Source: an uncultured bacterium
GTDB lineage: Bacteria > Oederibacteriota > PGYV01 > CAWJRG01
Assembly (NCBI GenBank): GCA_963845185.1
Contig: CAWJRG010000011.1
Coordinates: forward strand, 110,403 to 174,402
Length of the DNA: 64,000 nucleotides
Direction of reading: 5' to 3'
Position numbers and translations under genes: made by a program. Below, piece by piece: positions 10,752 through 20,190 of the stretch (within the stretch, counting starts at the first letter, position 1; each line of letters starts with the position of its first letter). The notes beneath the pieces were generated by a model, which had not been told where the DNA came from, ran no database searches, and saw only the letters and a list, made by a program, of their open reading frames with translations.

Positions 10752-11120
10752 TTATTGTATCTTATCTAAACTCTTGTCTATTTTTGATATATATTGCTCA
10801 AGTACCTGTACGTCCGGACTGCCGAATTGTATAGCTTTTTCAATCATTTCCTTTGCCATGATCAAATTGCCCTCCTCAAAATAGACCCCGCCAAGCGCTT
10901 GATAAGCCTGCCAATAATTTACTTTTAACAAAATAGCTTTTTTTAAGTATTTTATTTGGTTATCTTTGTCATTTAAACTTCTATAAGCATTAAAGAGATC
11001 GTAATAAAAATTCGGTTCATTCTCTTTCATTTCATTTTTAAAAGGGAAAAACATAGCTTTTTTAAATATTTGTAGTGCTTCGACCGTATTTCCTCCATAC
11101 GAAAGTTCTTCTCCCTTTGG
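10752..11120 (-). pseudogene. 3' TPR remnant of a third DUF2723 paralog
   Basis: ALQIFKKAMFFP...QIKYLKKAI..YWQAYQALG..MAKEMIEKAIQFGSP..LEQYISKI..IQ aligns with the C-terminus of paralog 2; catalytic TM region missing. Confidence 0.75.
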
Positions 11121-11153
11121 ACAATGAATTTTCCCCCTCTTTTTATACTATTA

Positions 11154-11363
11154 TCATCTATTTTTTATTGCCCTTCTGACAGAAGTGACGGAAATGCCCG
11201 ACATATCGGCAATCTCCTTGTATATTCCCATGAAATTATATTTAAAATTGTCTTTTTTTAAACATTGAAAAGCTTGGTATATTATTTCGTCCCTGCGTTT
11301 TATATAATTAAGTCTTTGTTTGATATTCAGGAATTCATTTCATATGATTTTATTTTTTGCCAT
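11154..11363 (-). pseudogene. Small HTH protein gene with in-frame TGA at codon 8
   Basis: MAKNKII*NEFLNIKQRL...YKEIADMSGISVTSVRRAIKNR; AGGGG SD-like sequence upstream; HTH-like C-terminus. Confidence 0.55.
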
Positions 11364-11465
11364 AGTTTATCCCCTACAGTAAAACCTAATAGGTAATACA
11401 CTAAATAGAAAAAATTAATACATGGATTTATTTCCGTTTATTAAAGCCTTTATACCCTGAATATA

Positions 11466-11494
11466 AATGTATTACTATATTGATATTTTGTCAA
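11466..11494 (-). promoter_or_regulatory. Sigma70-type promoter upstream of the HTH/DUF2723 cluster
   Basis: TTGACA-N17-TACATT on minus strand. Confidence 0.55.
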
Positions 11495-11757
11495 CACGAA
11501 ATCTTGTCAATTTCGAATTGAGAAATTATATGTCACCAAGCATAACAGTCCGGGACTTTTAGGAGTTTTTAATTCATAAACGTGAAGATGGGCTTTGAAG
11601 ATTTTGTATTAGACTTTCCCTTGCAATGTATGTCAAGGTAGAGGTCGTAGGATATTTTAACTGCTTTTATTGTTTTTCAACCCCGACTTTTTTGTCACAT
11701 AAAAGGTAAAAAAATTCCAAATTTTTCTCTCAATCTATTTTAAACTACAGATTATTT

Positions 11758-12783
11758 TTAATTCGGTTTTATTATGACTTTCAGGCATTCTTTGCTTTCG
11801 CTTGCCAGGCGAAAACCTTCTGCTATTTGATCAAGCAGTAAAATATGCGTGATAATATCCGTAACTTTCATCCTGCCCGAGCTTATGAGTTCTATGGCCT
11901 GCTTATTATCCTCTGGCGCCGAACCATAGCTTGTTTTTATGCTGATATCGTCGCGCCAGAAAGGCGTAAAATCTATTGCCACGGTTTCACCCGGCTTTGG
12001 CACTGCAAAAAATACTATCGTTCCTCCCCTGTCCACACACTTCAATGCCTGGTTCGCGGCAGGCAAAGCGCCGGCGCATAATATTACTTTATCAGCAAGC
12101 CTTCCGTTATTTGCCTTTTTCACCATTTCAGGCACGTTTTCCGCTGCGCTTATTATTGTATCAGCGCCTGCTTTTCGGGCAGCTTCCATTTTATACGGGC
12201 TTATGTCAGTCGCTATTATCTTGCCTGCTCCTGTTTCCTTTGCCAACATTATGCTCAGAAGCCCGGTTATGCCGCTTCCTATTATAAGAACAGTATCGCC
12301 TTTTTTAAGCCCGGCTGCGCGCAGGCACCGCACGACCGTGCCGACCGGCTCTATAAAAGTCGCCTGTTCGTAAGACATATTTTCGGGAAGTTTGAACACC
12401 CCCGTTTCAATTGACCTGCCCGATACTTTTAAAAACTCGGCAAAGCCGCCGGGAGTAAAATTATTTTCCGAATGAAATACTTCGCAGGCTGTCTCATGTC
12501 CGTTTTTACAATAAATACATTCGCCGCATGGTACATGGTGTGTGGCAAAAACCCTGTCCCCCTTTTTTAAGCCTTTGATATCTTTGCCGGTTTCCATGAT
12601 TTCACCGGCCATTTCATGTCCGAGCACGATTGGCGCCTTTTTTATCCTGTACCATTCCAGTACATCGCTGCCGCAGATGCCGCATGCCATGACCTTTATC
12701 AATATATCTTTAGGGCCAATTTCCGGAACCGGCCTTTCCTCTATTCTCACGTCCCTGTTATTATAATAAACTCCTGCTTTCAT
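11758..12783 (-). CDS. Zinc-dependent medium-chain alcohol/sugar dehydrogenase
   Basis: CGICGSD, GHEMAG, C-x2-C-x2-C-x7-C structural Zn site, IIGSGITG NAD-binding motif. Confidence 0.92.
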   Translation of the reverse strand: MKAGVYYNNRDVRIEERPVPEIGPKDILIKVMACGICGSDVLEWYRIKKAPIVLGHEMAGEIMETGKDIKGLKKGDRVFATHHVPCGECIYCKNGHETACEVFHSENNFTPGGFAEFLKVSGRSIETGVFKLPENMSYEQATFIEPVGTVVRCLRAAGLKKGDTVLIIGSGITGLLSIMLAKETGAGKIIATDISPYKMEAARKAGADTIISAAENVPEMVKKANNGRLADKVILCAGALPAANQALKCVDRGGTIVFFAVPKPGETVAIDFTPFWRDDISIKTSYGSAPEDNKQAIELISSGRMKVTDIITHILLLDQIAEGFRLASESKECLKVIIKPN

Positions 12784-12788
12784 TTTGC

Positions 12789-13667
12789 TTACTTCTTAAT
12801 TAAGCTGTTATAAAATTCAAGCGCTTCTTTCGCGGTTTTACCTTCGTGCACCACACTTCTTATTGTGCGTATCATTGCCACCGGGTTCTCGTTCTGGAAT
12901 ATGTTCCTTCCCATGTCAACGCCTATGGCGCCTGCGTTTATGGCGTTATACGTGAACTCAAGCGCTTCCTTTGTCGGCCTTTTTGTGCCGCCTGCAATCA
13001 CAATCGGCGCCAGGCAGGATTCAACGACTTCCTCGAACCCGTCACAGTAATATGTTTTTACTATATCCGCTCCGTTTTCCGAGACGACCCGGCACGCGTG
13101 TTTTAAATATTTTATGGCTTCTTTCTTGTCTTCCTTTGACAGCTCGCCCCCGCCCTCTGCCTCGCCTTTCACGAATTTCCCGAGCACAGGGTCGCTCCCG
13201 ACAGCCGTAATGCCTATTGAAATAAGGCCGTATTTATGGCCCTCATTTGTATGGTCAGCCAGGTTTTTTATGGTCTGCTTCTGGTGTGGAAGGCCGATAT
13301 AGCATGAAACCGTAAAGCCGATTGCGTTTAACTTCAGGATTTCGTCTATTGTGACTGTTATTACCTCATCGTCCAGCTCATCCGGTTTTCTCATGCTGTT
13401 GCCGCCAGTTGCCCTCAATATAATAGGCGTCGTGCACCACGGGTCCATGCTGGTTTTCAAGCCTCCAACAGTAGGGCTTATCGCGTCGCAGTACGCTATC
13501 AGTGGCTTTATCGTGTTTCTTAAATCCTCCAGCCCTGCCGGCGCGCCCTGAAAATAGCCGTGGTCAACGGCAAGCAATACCGTCCTGCCCGACTCCGGGT
13601 TCACCATCCTTGCGAGCCTATTTGTCAGCCCGCTCCATTCAGTCTGATATTCAAATATCTTTTTCAT
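12789..13667 (-). CDS. lsrF: Class I DhnA-type aldolase, LsrF-like thiolase
   Basis: LAVDHGYFQG, GADIVKTYYC, PIVIAGG, GVDMGRNIFQ. Confidence 0.8.
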   Translation of the reverse strand: MKKIFEYQTEWSGLTNRLARMVNPESGRTVLLAVDHGYFQGAPAGLEDLRNTIKPLIAYCDAISPTVGGLKTSMDPWCTTPIILRATGGNSMRKPDELDDEVITVTIDEILKLNAIGFTVSCYIGLPHQKQTIKNLADHTNEGHKYGLISIGITAVGSDPVLGKFVKGEAEGGGELSKEDKKEAIKYLKHACRVVSENGADIVKTYYCDGFEEVVESCLAPIVIAGGTKRPTKEALEFTYNAINAGAIGVDMGRNIFQNENPVAMIRTIRSVVHEGKTAKEALEFYNSLIKK

Positions 13668-13702
13668 GTTTTTCTCCTTTTGGTTTTAATCTTATAAATC
13701 GG

Positions 13703-13731
13703 ATTATACTATTCCAAATGTGTTTTGTCAA
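13703..13731 (-). promoter_or_regulatory. Perfect sigma70 consensus promoter for lsrF-ADH, overlapping the end of the upstream ATPase gene
   Basis: TTGACA-N17-TATAAT on minus strand. Confidence 0.8.
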
Positions 13732-14509
13732 ATTTGTAAGGCGAATCTGGAATTGATGCAAGAAGCAGTTTTGTGTAGTCGTTTAAAGGCTTTTTATATA
13801 TATCGCTTACTTGCCCCTCTTCCACTATCTTTCCTTTGTTTAAAACAATCATCTCATCTGCTATGTTTTTCACAACCCTTAAATCATGTGTGATGAAAAT
13901 TATTAATATCTTTCCCTCTTTGTTCAGTCTTGAGAAAAGCTCAAGTATCTGTGCCTGCACTGATACGTCGAGTGAGGATACGGGCTCGTCCGCAACCAGG
14001 ACCTCTGGTTTCATGGTAAGCGCCCTTGCCACAACTGCCCTTTGCCTCTGGCCGCCTGATAATTCGTGCGGGTATTTCTTTAAGATCGAGACAGGCAGCC
14101 CCACCAGGCCAAGGTATCTTTTTACTTCCGTTTCAAGCTGCTCATCTTTTAATTTAAAGTGAAAGTTGATGGGTTCTGAAAGCGCGTCTGATATTTTAAT
14201 CCGCGGATTTAAAGAAGCGAATGTATCCTGGAATATATATTGTATTTTCCTTCTCGTGTAAGGGTTTTTAAAATCAATCGGCTTGCCTTCAAAGAATATT
14301 TCGCCTGAATCCTGCGTTTCAAGCCCGCATATGCACCTTGCTATGGTTGTCTTGCCTGACCCGCTTTCGCCTACAACTGCAAGCACCTTGCCTTTAAAAA
14401 GCGTAAAACACACCCCGTCCACTGCCTTTACAGTGTCTTTTTCCTCTGAAAACACATGCTCTATTTTAAAGCTCTTTTTTAGTCCTTTTACTTCAATAAT
14501 TTTTTCCAT
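13709..14509 (-). CDS. Oligopeptide/dipeptide ABC transporter ATP-binding protein (OppF/DppF-like)
   Basis: GESGSGKT, YPHELSGGQRQR, ADEPVSSLDVSVQAQIL. Confidence 0.92.
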   Translation of the reverse strand: MEKIIEVKGLKKSFKIEHVFSEEKDTVKAVDGVCFTLFKGKVLAVVGESGSGKTTIARCICGLETQDSGEIFFEGKPIDFKNPYTRRKIQYIFQDTFASLNPRIKISDALSEPINFHFKLKDEQLETEVKRYLGLVGLPVSILKKYPHELSGGQRQRAVVARALTMKPEVLVADEPVSSLDVSVQAQILELFSRLNKEGKILIIFITHDLRVVKNIADEMIVLNKGKIVEEGQVSDIYKKPLNDYTKLLLASIPDSPYKFDKTHLE

Positions 14510-14533
14510 GTTTGCCTCTTAGTATTTCACGAT

Positions 14534-14620
14534 GTCATTGCGAGGAGCGAAGCGACGAAGCAATCTCGCATTTTAGGAAAAAACGAGATTGCCACGCTCC
14601 CTTTGGTCGCTCGCAATGAC
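14534..14620. repeat. Palindromic intergenic repeat of the GTCATTGCGAG...CTCGCAATGAC (RPE-like) type
   Basis: Terminal inverted repeat gtcattgcgag/ctcgcaatgac and inner gcaatctcg/cgagattgc stem. Confidence 0.8.
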
Positions 14621-14653
14621 AGAATACGTAGTTGTAGCGAACGATCCCATTAA

Positions 14654-15619
14654 CTACTTTACCGGGAAATAACACCTTACAAAATGTCCCTTCTTTAATT
14701 CCTCTATTTCCGGGTGCTTTTTTGTACATTTATCCCTGCCGTACTCGCACCTGCCGTAAAAATAACACCTGCCGAGCACCTGCTTTAATTCCGGTACTTC
14801 TCCTTTTATTACCTTGAATTCCCTTTTATCTTCCCTTACATCCGGTATCAGCTCGAATAATGCTCGTGTGTAAGGATGTAAAGCTTCTTTTTCTTTTTTA
14901 ATCCTGCAGTCTTCCATTATTTCACCTGCATACATTACAACAACCCTGTCTGCCGTATCTATGGCCAGGTGCAAATCGTGCGTTATTAAAATCAGCGTAA
15001 GCCCCCGCTCCTCTTTTAACTTTTTAAGCGTTTGCATTATCTGCGCCTGCACGGTCACGTCAAGCGCGGTCGTGGGCTCATCCGCGACCAGGATTTCAGG
15101 GTTGCACGACAGGGCAATGGCTATCATTGCCCTTTGCTGCTGGCCTCCTGACAACTGGTGCGGGTATGAGTTGTATACCCTTTTCACGTCGTCTATGCCT
15201 GCTTCTTTTAGAAGCCTTTCCCCGGTATTTTCAAGCTCCTGCTTTTTTGTGTCTTTGTAATGCGCGAGCACGGTTTCCTCAATCTGCTGTTTTATAGTAA
15301 ACACCGGGTTAAGGGCAAAGCCTGCTTCCTGGAATATTGTGCTTATTATTTTCCCCCTAATTTTTTCAAGTTTCTTGTTGCTTTTGTCAATCATGCTGTT
15401 GCCGTCTATCAGGATTTCGCCTCTTACAGCTGTATTTTGCGGCAGCAGGTTTATAAGCGCGTTTGCAAGCGTTGTCTTGCCGCAGCCAGACTCGCCGACT
15501 ATTGCTATGCTTTCGCCTTTTTCCACTTTTAAATCAATGTTCCTGAGGGCAAACACTTTTTCCCCGGGATTTATCAGATATTCGACGTTTAGGTTGTTGA
15601 CTTCGATGATTTGGCTCAT
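14654..15619 (-). CDS. Oligopeptide/dipeptide ABC transporter ATP-binding protein (OppD/DppD-like)
   Basis: GESGCGKT, YPHQLSGGQQQR, ADEPTTALDV, HPYT, C-terminal Cys cluster. Confidence 0.92.
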   Translation of the reverse strand: MSQIIEVNNLNVEYLINPGEKVFALRNIDLKVEKGESIAIVGESGCGKTTLANALINLLPQNTAVRGEILIDGNSMIDKSNKKLEKIRGKIISTIFQEAGFALNPVFTIKQQIEETVLAHYKDTKKQELENTGERLLKEAGIDDVKRVYNSYPHQLSGGQQQRAMIAIALSCNPEILVADEPTTALDVTVQAQIMQTLKKLKEERGLTLILITHDLHLAIDTADRVVVMYAGEIMEDCRIKKEKEALHPYTRALFELIPDVREDKREFKVIKGEVPELKQVLGRCYFYGRCEYGRDKCTKKHPEIEELKKGHFVRCYFPVK

Positions 15620-15650
15620 ATTTCCCCTTTAATTGTAGAGACACGCCATG

Positions 15651-17264
15651 GAGTCTGTCTCAAAACTCTTTTAAACGCCTTGCATTGCCTACACTTATCG
15701 CGTTTTTTAGCCCCTATCTTTATTATTTCTCTTCTTTTCGATTTGTGGTTCTTTTCTTGTCAGGTTGCGAACCTTAATTTAACCTTACCTTCCCTCCACA
15801 AGGCATACATTGTCTTTATGTTATGGGCGGCGCATATAAAAGACCATTGTGTTTTTACGCTTTCGATTCCTCTAACACTAAATCTTGTAAAACCAAGTAC
15901 GTTTTTTATACGTCCCAATAATGGCTCAACTATTGTTTTTCTCTTTCGAAGCTGTTCTTTCCAGTTATTGACCCTAGCTTCTTCTCTGTATATTGACACT
16001 ATCTCCTCATACTCATGCTTATTTGCTTCTATTATCCTTCCGGATTTTACCTTGCTGCATTCGTATTTATAAATACAATCCCTATGATCCCCGCATCGGT
16101 ATATCATTGTCTCTTTTCCGTTTTTCTTCTTCCTTATACTGGTATATTCAAGCCTGCCATTTTTAGGACATACATATTCGTTTTTTTCTTTGTCGTATTT
16201 AAAATGCGCTTTGCCATACGGCCTATCGCTGTCATCCTCCGGCAAGTTAACAATTATATTCCTTTTTTCTTCTTTGGCTTTTGCCAGTTCTTCCGGTGAA
16301 TAATACCCTCCATCCGCAAGCGTTACTCCTGATTTTTGTCCGGTATTCGACTCTGCTTTTTCTATCATATCATTCAGCATGTGAGCATCCGATTCCTTGT
16401 TTGTCACATTCTCTGCCACAATTATCTGTTTCTTTGCGTCCACAACAACCTGTGAGTTATATGCCTGTTGCAGTCCTTTACCTCTTGTCATCATGAACCG
16501 GCTGTCTCTATCTGTGGGGTTTTCAGTTGTTTTTCCTTCACTTTTCATACGTTCTATATGTTCTCTTATTACCTGACGCAGTTTCTCCTTTTCCTGCAAT
16601 TCTTTTGGCATTCCGCACTTACTTTTGCCCTCTTCATCGTCTTGTTCGTCATTTTTCTCAATTTCCACCATTATTTTGTCTATTTCTCTGTCTAATTCTT
16701 GTATTTTTTTATTCATGTCTTTTATTGTTTTGGTCTTTTCCTTATTTACATCTGCCTGTATTTTTGTGCCGTCCACGGCTTGAATTTCAAAACCAACCAA
16801 ATTGTTGTTTGTTGCCACACGCACCGTCTCCTTCAGTAAAACCCTTATCTGCTCTTTATTTCCTTTAAAAAATCTCCATAGCGTATTATGGTCGGGATGA
16901 TTATTCCCGGTTATCCATATCATCCCCATTGAATCGTAAGTCATTTTTTCAACTTTTCTGCTGCTCTTTTTTCCTTCCAGTATGCCGTACATCCATGCCC
17001 CAAGTAAAAGATCTACAAAATATCCCGGTCTTCCGGTTTCTTCTTCCATTTTAAAACCCATCTCTTCAAGCGGTAATTCTTCTACGAATTCTACGACAAA
17101 TCGAGCTAAATGATCTTTTGAAACCCAATCTTCTATTGCCGGTGGCAGTAGATACATTTGATTTCTATCGGCTCTTATCGTTGGCATTTGGTTTCTCCTT
17201 CGCTAAATTTTGAAACCATTATACCATTTATGTCAAAGAATTAAGAGGCTTTTGAGACAGACTC
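15651..17264 (-). mobile_element. IS1182-family insertion sequence, 1614 bp
   Basis: 15-bp perfect terminal IR gagtctgtctcaaaa / ttttgagacagactc; 4-bp TSD CATG (15647-15650, 17265-17268). Confidence 0.93.
15760..17187 (-). CDS. IS1182-family DDE transposase
   Basis: LLPPAIEDW..DHLAR, GRPGY, PDHNTL.RF, AVDGTKIQA, TDRDSRFM, ADGGY, RKTIVEPLLGRIK. Confidence 0.95.
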   Translation of the reverse strand: MPTIRADRNQMYLLPPAIEDWVSKDHLARFVVEFVEELPLEEMGFKMEEETGRPGYFVDLLLGAWMYGILEGKKSSRKVEKMTYDSMGMIWITGNNHPDHNTLWRFFKGNKEQIRVLLKETVRVATNNNLVGFEIQAVDGTKIQADVNKEKTKTIKDMNKKIQELDREIDKIMVEIEKNDEQDDEEGKSKCGMPKELQEKEKLRQVIREHIERMKSEGKTTENPTDRDSRFMMTRGKGLQQAYNSQVVVDAKKQIIVAENVTNKESDAHMLNDMIEKAESNTGQKSGVTLADGGYYSPEELAKAKEEKRNIIVNLPEDDSDRPYGKAHFKYDKEKNEYVCPKNGRLEYTSIRKKKNGKETMIYRCGDHRDCIYKYECSKVKSGRIIEANKHEYEEIVSIYREEARVNNWKEQLRKRKTIVEPLLGRIKNVLGFTRFSVRGIESVKTQWSFICAAHNIKTMYALWREGKVKLRFAT

Positions 17265-17290
17265 CATGGCGTGTCTCTACCTTAATTTCA

Positions 17291-18713
17291 TTACATAAAA
17301 AGCTTCTGGGAAATCTCCATGGTTAAATTCACAAAATAAAAAGGAAAAATTCCTATTAAAATTATGCCCGCTATTGTCAAAAGCAATGCAAGCCTCAAGG
17401 CAACAGGCAGCTTTATCTTCGGGTATTCTTTTGTCCTGTCGAAAATGTACATTTGCTTGAGCACAAGCAGATAATAATAAAGCGATATTGTGCTGTTCAG
17501 CGCGCCGGCTATGACAAGCCACAAATACCCTTTCTGCATTGCGGCGTAAAAAAGGTAAAATTTCCCGACAAAGCCGGCCAAAGGAGGTATTCCCGCAAGC
17601 GACAGCAGGGCCAGCAAAAACGTCAGCGCGAGCAGCGGTTCCCTCTGCGCCAGGCCGGCGTAGTCCTCAAGTTCGTCTGAGCCTGTAACATTTGAAAATC
17701 CTATAATGACGGCAAACGCTGCCATATTTGTCACGGTATAGGCAATCAGGTAAAACAAAACCGAGCTCATGCCTGTTACTGACGCTCCCACAAATCCCAC
17801 GAGTATATACCCTGCCTGCGAAATCGTCGAGTATGCGAGCAACCTCTTGACATTTTTCTGGTGAATGGCTACCAGATTGCCCAGTGTCATTGTCAAAAAA
17901 GCAAGTATTGATACTATCGGTACCCAGACAAAAGTAAATTTAACAAAGGTGTAGCCGAGCACGCGCAAAGCGAATACAAAACCGGCTGCCTTTGATGCTA
18001 CGGATATAAATGCAGTAATGGCCGTGGGCGCTCCCTGATAAACGTCCGGCGTCCACACGTGCATCGGCACCATTGAAAGCTTGAACCCTATTCCGAGCAG
18101 CATCATTATCACGCCCGTTACGAACAATGCGTTTGACCCGTTTGTTCCGGTAAATGACTGGATGCGCGCTAGCGACGTCGTGCCCGCGGCCGCGTAAACA
18201 AGGCTGATGCCGTAAAGCAGTATCGCTGATGAAATCACGCCGAGTATAAGGTACTTGATCCCGCCTTCGAGCGACAGGTCGTCGTTCTTATAAATTGCAG
18301 TAAGCGCGTATAAGCTCACTGTTGTGGTCTCCAGCCCCACGTACATTGTTATTAATTCCTTTGAGGATACCAGCACCATCATGCCGAGCACGGATGACAG
18401 CAGTATGGCATAATATGCGCCTAAATATTTTTGCTTTATTTTCAGCGAATTAAGCGAAAGCAGCCCGGTCAGAAACGCACCTGCTAAAATTATTATTTTT
18501 GCAGAGCCACGACAGGCCGTCATATACATACACACCCGAGAATAAAACCCCTTCCCTCCTGAAATACGCCACGAAACATAGGAGCAGGAATGTAAAAAGC
18601 ACGTAAAAAGACCCGATTACGGCCTTTCTATCCCTGGTAATAAAATCAAGCAACAGTATAACCGCTATGGCGCCTGTGGTTGCTATTTCATCAGACATCA
18701 GGAGATAACTCAA
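17291..18713 (-). CDS. nuoN: NADH-quinone oxidoreductase subunit N, split by a 1-nt insertion
   Basis: ORFs 18450-18713 and 17291-18535 join as ...DGLSWLC-KIIILAGAF... if one T of the T5 run at 18496-18500 is removed; FKLSMVPMHVWTPDVYQGAPT motif. Confidence 0.9.
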
Positions 18714-18714
18714 T

Positions 18715-20190
18715 TTACATGCCTCCCAGTCTGGCGGCTATTGGCATTACAGCCGAATATATTACGTTCATCATGTAAAACGGATAAAATCCCACGGTTA
18801 TTATGAAAAACATCAGTATCGCGAGCGCGATAAATTCCACGTTATTTGCATCGGTTAAGTGTTCATGGTGCGGGTCTGATATCTTGCCGTAAAAAATCAT
18901 TTGTATAACGCGTAAAACGTAAAAAGCCGTTATTACTATTCCTGTAACACATATGATTGCTATCACCGGGTTATATTTAAAAGCGCCTACAAATACAAGC
19001 AGTTCCGCGACAAAACCCGACATCCCTGGCAAGCCGAGCGAGCACAGGCCAGTAAGTACAAAAAACGCTGCCAATTTGGGCATCCTCTTTGCCAGGCCCG
19101 ACATTTCATTTATCATCCTTGTATGCGACCTGCCGTAAACCATGCCTACGAGGCCGAAGAAAAGCCCGGTCATTACGCCGTGCGAGAACATCTGCAGCAC
19201 GGCCCCCGATATGGCCGTCGCGTTCCTTGAGGCTATGCCGAGCAGCACTATTCCCATGTGGCTCACGCTTGAATAAGCCACTATGTATTTTAAGTCCTTT
19301 TGAGCGGTCGCGCCCAAAGAGCCGTAAACGATATTGACAATGGTCAGCAAAGCCACAACAGGCAGCCAGAACTTTGCTCCCTCAGGCAGCAGGAAAACAG
19401 CCACTACAAGGCATCCGTATGCGCCGAGTTTCATAAGCACGCCTGCGTGCAGCATGGAGACCGCAGTAGGCGCAGATGCATGTCCGTCCGGCGACCATGT
19501 GTGAAACGGCCACAGCGCTGCCAGAATGCCGAACCCTAGGAAAAGTATTGGGAAAAATATTTTCTGGAAAACCGGGTCAAATGAGACTTTTGAAAGCACG
19601 TCGAAATCAAAAGTATTCAGGCCGGAACCGAAATATAACCCCAGTATGCCGGCGAGTATAAGAGCACTGCCCACCATGAGGTAAAGCGTAAGTTTCATTG
19701 CCGAGTATTCCTTTTTGCCTGTCCCCCATATGCCTATCAAAAGGTACATTGGCAAAACAGCGACTTCATAAAACAAAAAGAACAGGAATAGGTTATAAGC
19801 CATGAAAACACCGAACACGCCAGTCACGAGCGTAAGCAAAAACGCGAAAAACTCTTTTGGCCTGTACGAGACATCCCATGACGCGAGCACTCCTGCCACT
19901 ATTATTATGCCTGTCAAAAGCACCAGGGTTATATTTATGCCGTTTACAGCCATGAAATAATTGATGCCTATAGCCGGTATCCAGCTCATGCGCTCGACAA
20001 ACTGAAGCCCGCCCGCCTTGTAATCATAGGAAAAAAACAGGAGAATGGAGAGTATCAAGGCAATCGAAGTCAGGCCGAGCGCCACGAATTTAACTGCCTT
20101 ATCGTACTTTTCAGGTATAAAAAGTATTATTATAAGCGCGAGCAAAGGCATGCAGAATATTGTAGTAAGTATCGGGAAAGGAAAATGCAT
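18715..20190 (-). CDS. nuoM: NADH-quinone oxidoreductase subunit M
   Basis: WPFHTWSPDGHASAPT, LMKLGAYG, AYSSVSHMG. Confidence 0.95.
   Translation of the reverse strand: MHFPFPILTTIFCMPLLALIIILFIPEKYDKAVKFVALGLTSIALILSILLFFSYDYKAGGLQFVERMSWIPAIGINYFMAVNGINITLVLLTGIIIVAGVLASWDVSYRPKEFFAFLLTLVTGVFGVFMAYNLFLFFLFYEVAVLPMYLLIGIWGTGKKEYSAMKLTLYLMVGSALILAGILGLYFGSGLNTFDFDVLSKVSFDPVFQKIFFPILFLGFGILAALWPFHTWSPDGHASAPTAVSMLHAGVLMKLGAYGCLVVAVFLLPEGAKFWLPVVALLTIVNIVYGSLGATAQKDLKYIVAYSSVSHMGIVLLGIASRNATAISGAVLQMFSHGVMTGLFFGLVGMVYGRSHTRMINEMSGLAKRMPKLAAFFVLTGLCSLGLPGMSGFVAELLVFVGAFKYNPVIAIICVTGIVITAFYVLRVIQMIFYGKISDPHHEHLTDANNVEFIALAILMFFIITVGFYPFYMMNVIYSAVMPIAARLGGM

Larger units (their letters stand above)
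15635..17280. repeat. GTAG-family REP palindrome split by the IS
   Basis: Halves gtagagacacgc-catg (15635-15650) and catg-gcgtgtctctac (17265-17280) rebuild a perfect 28-bp palindrome. Confidence 0.85.

Noticed and set aside
11340..11342. In-frame TGA as evidence for recoding (code 25 or selenocysteine)
   Set aside because: nuoK, argC and rarA end at TGA at their expected C-termini, so code 11 applies; no redox context or evident SECIS.
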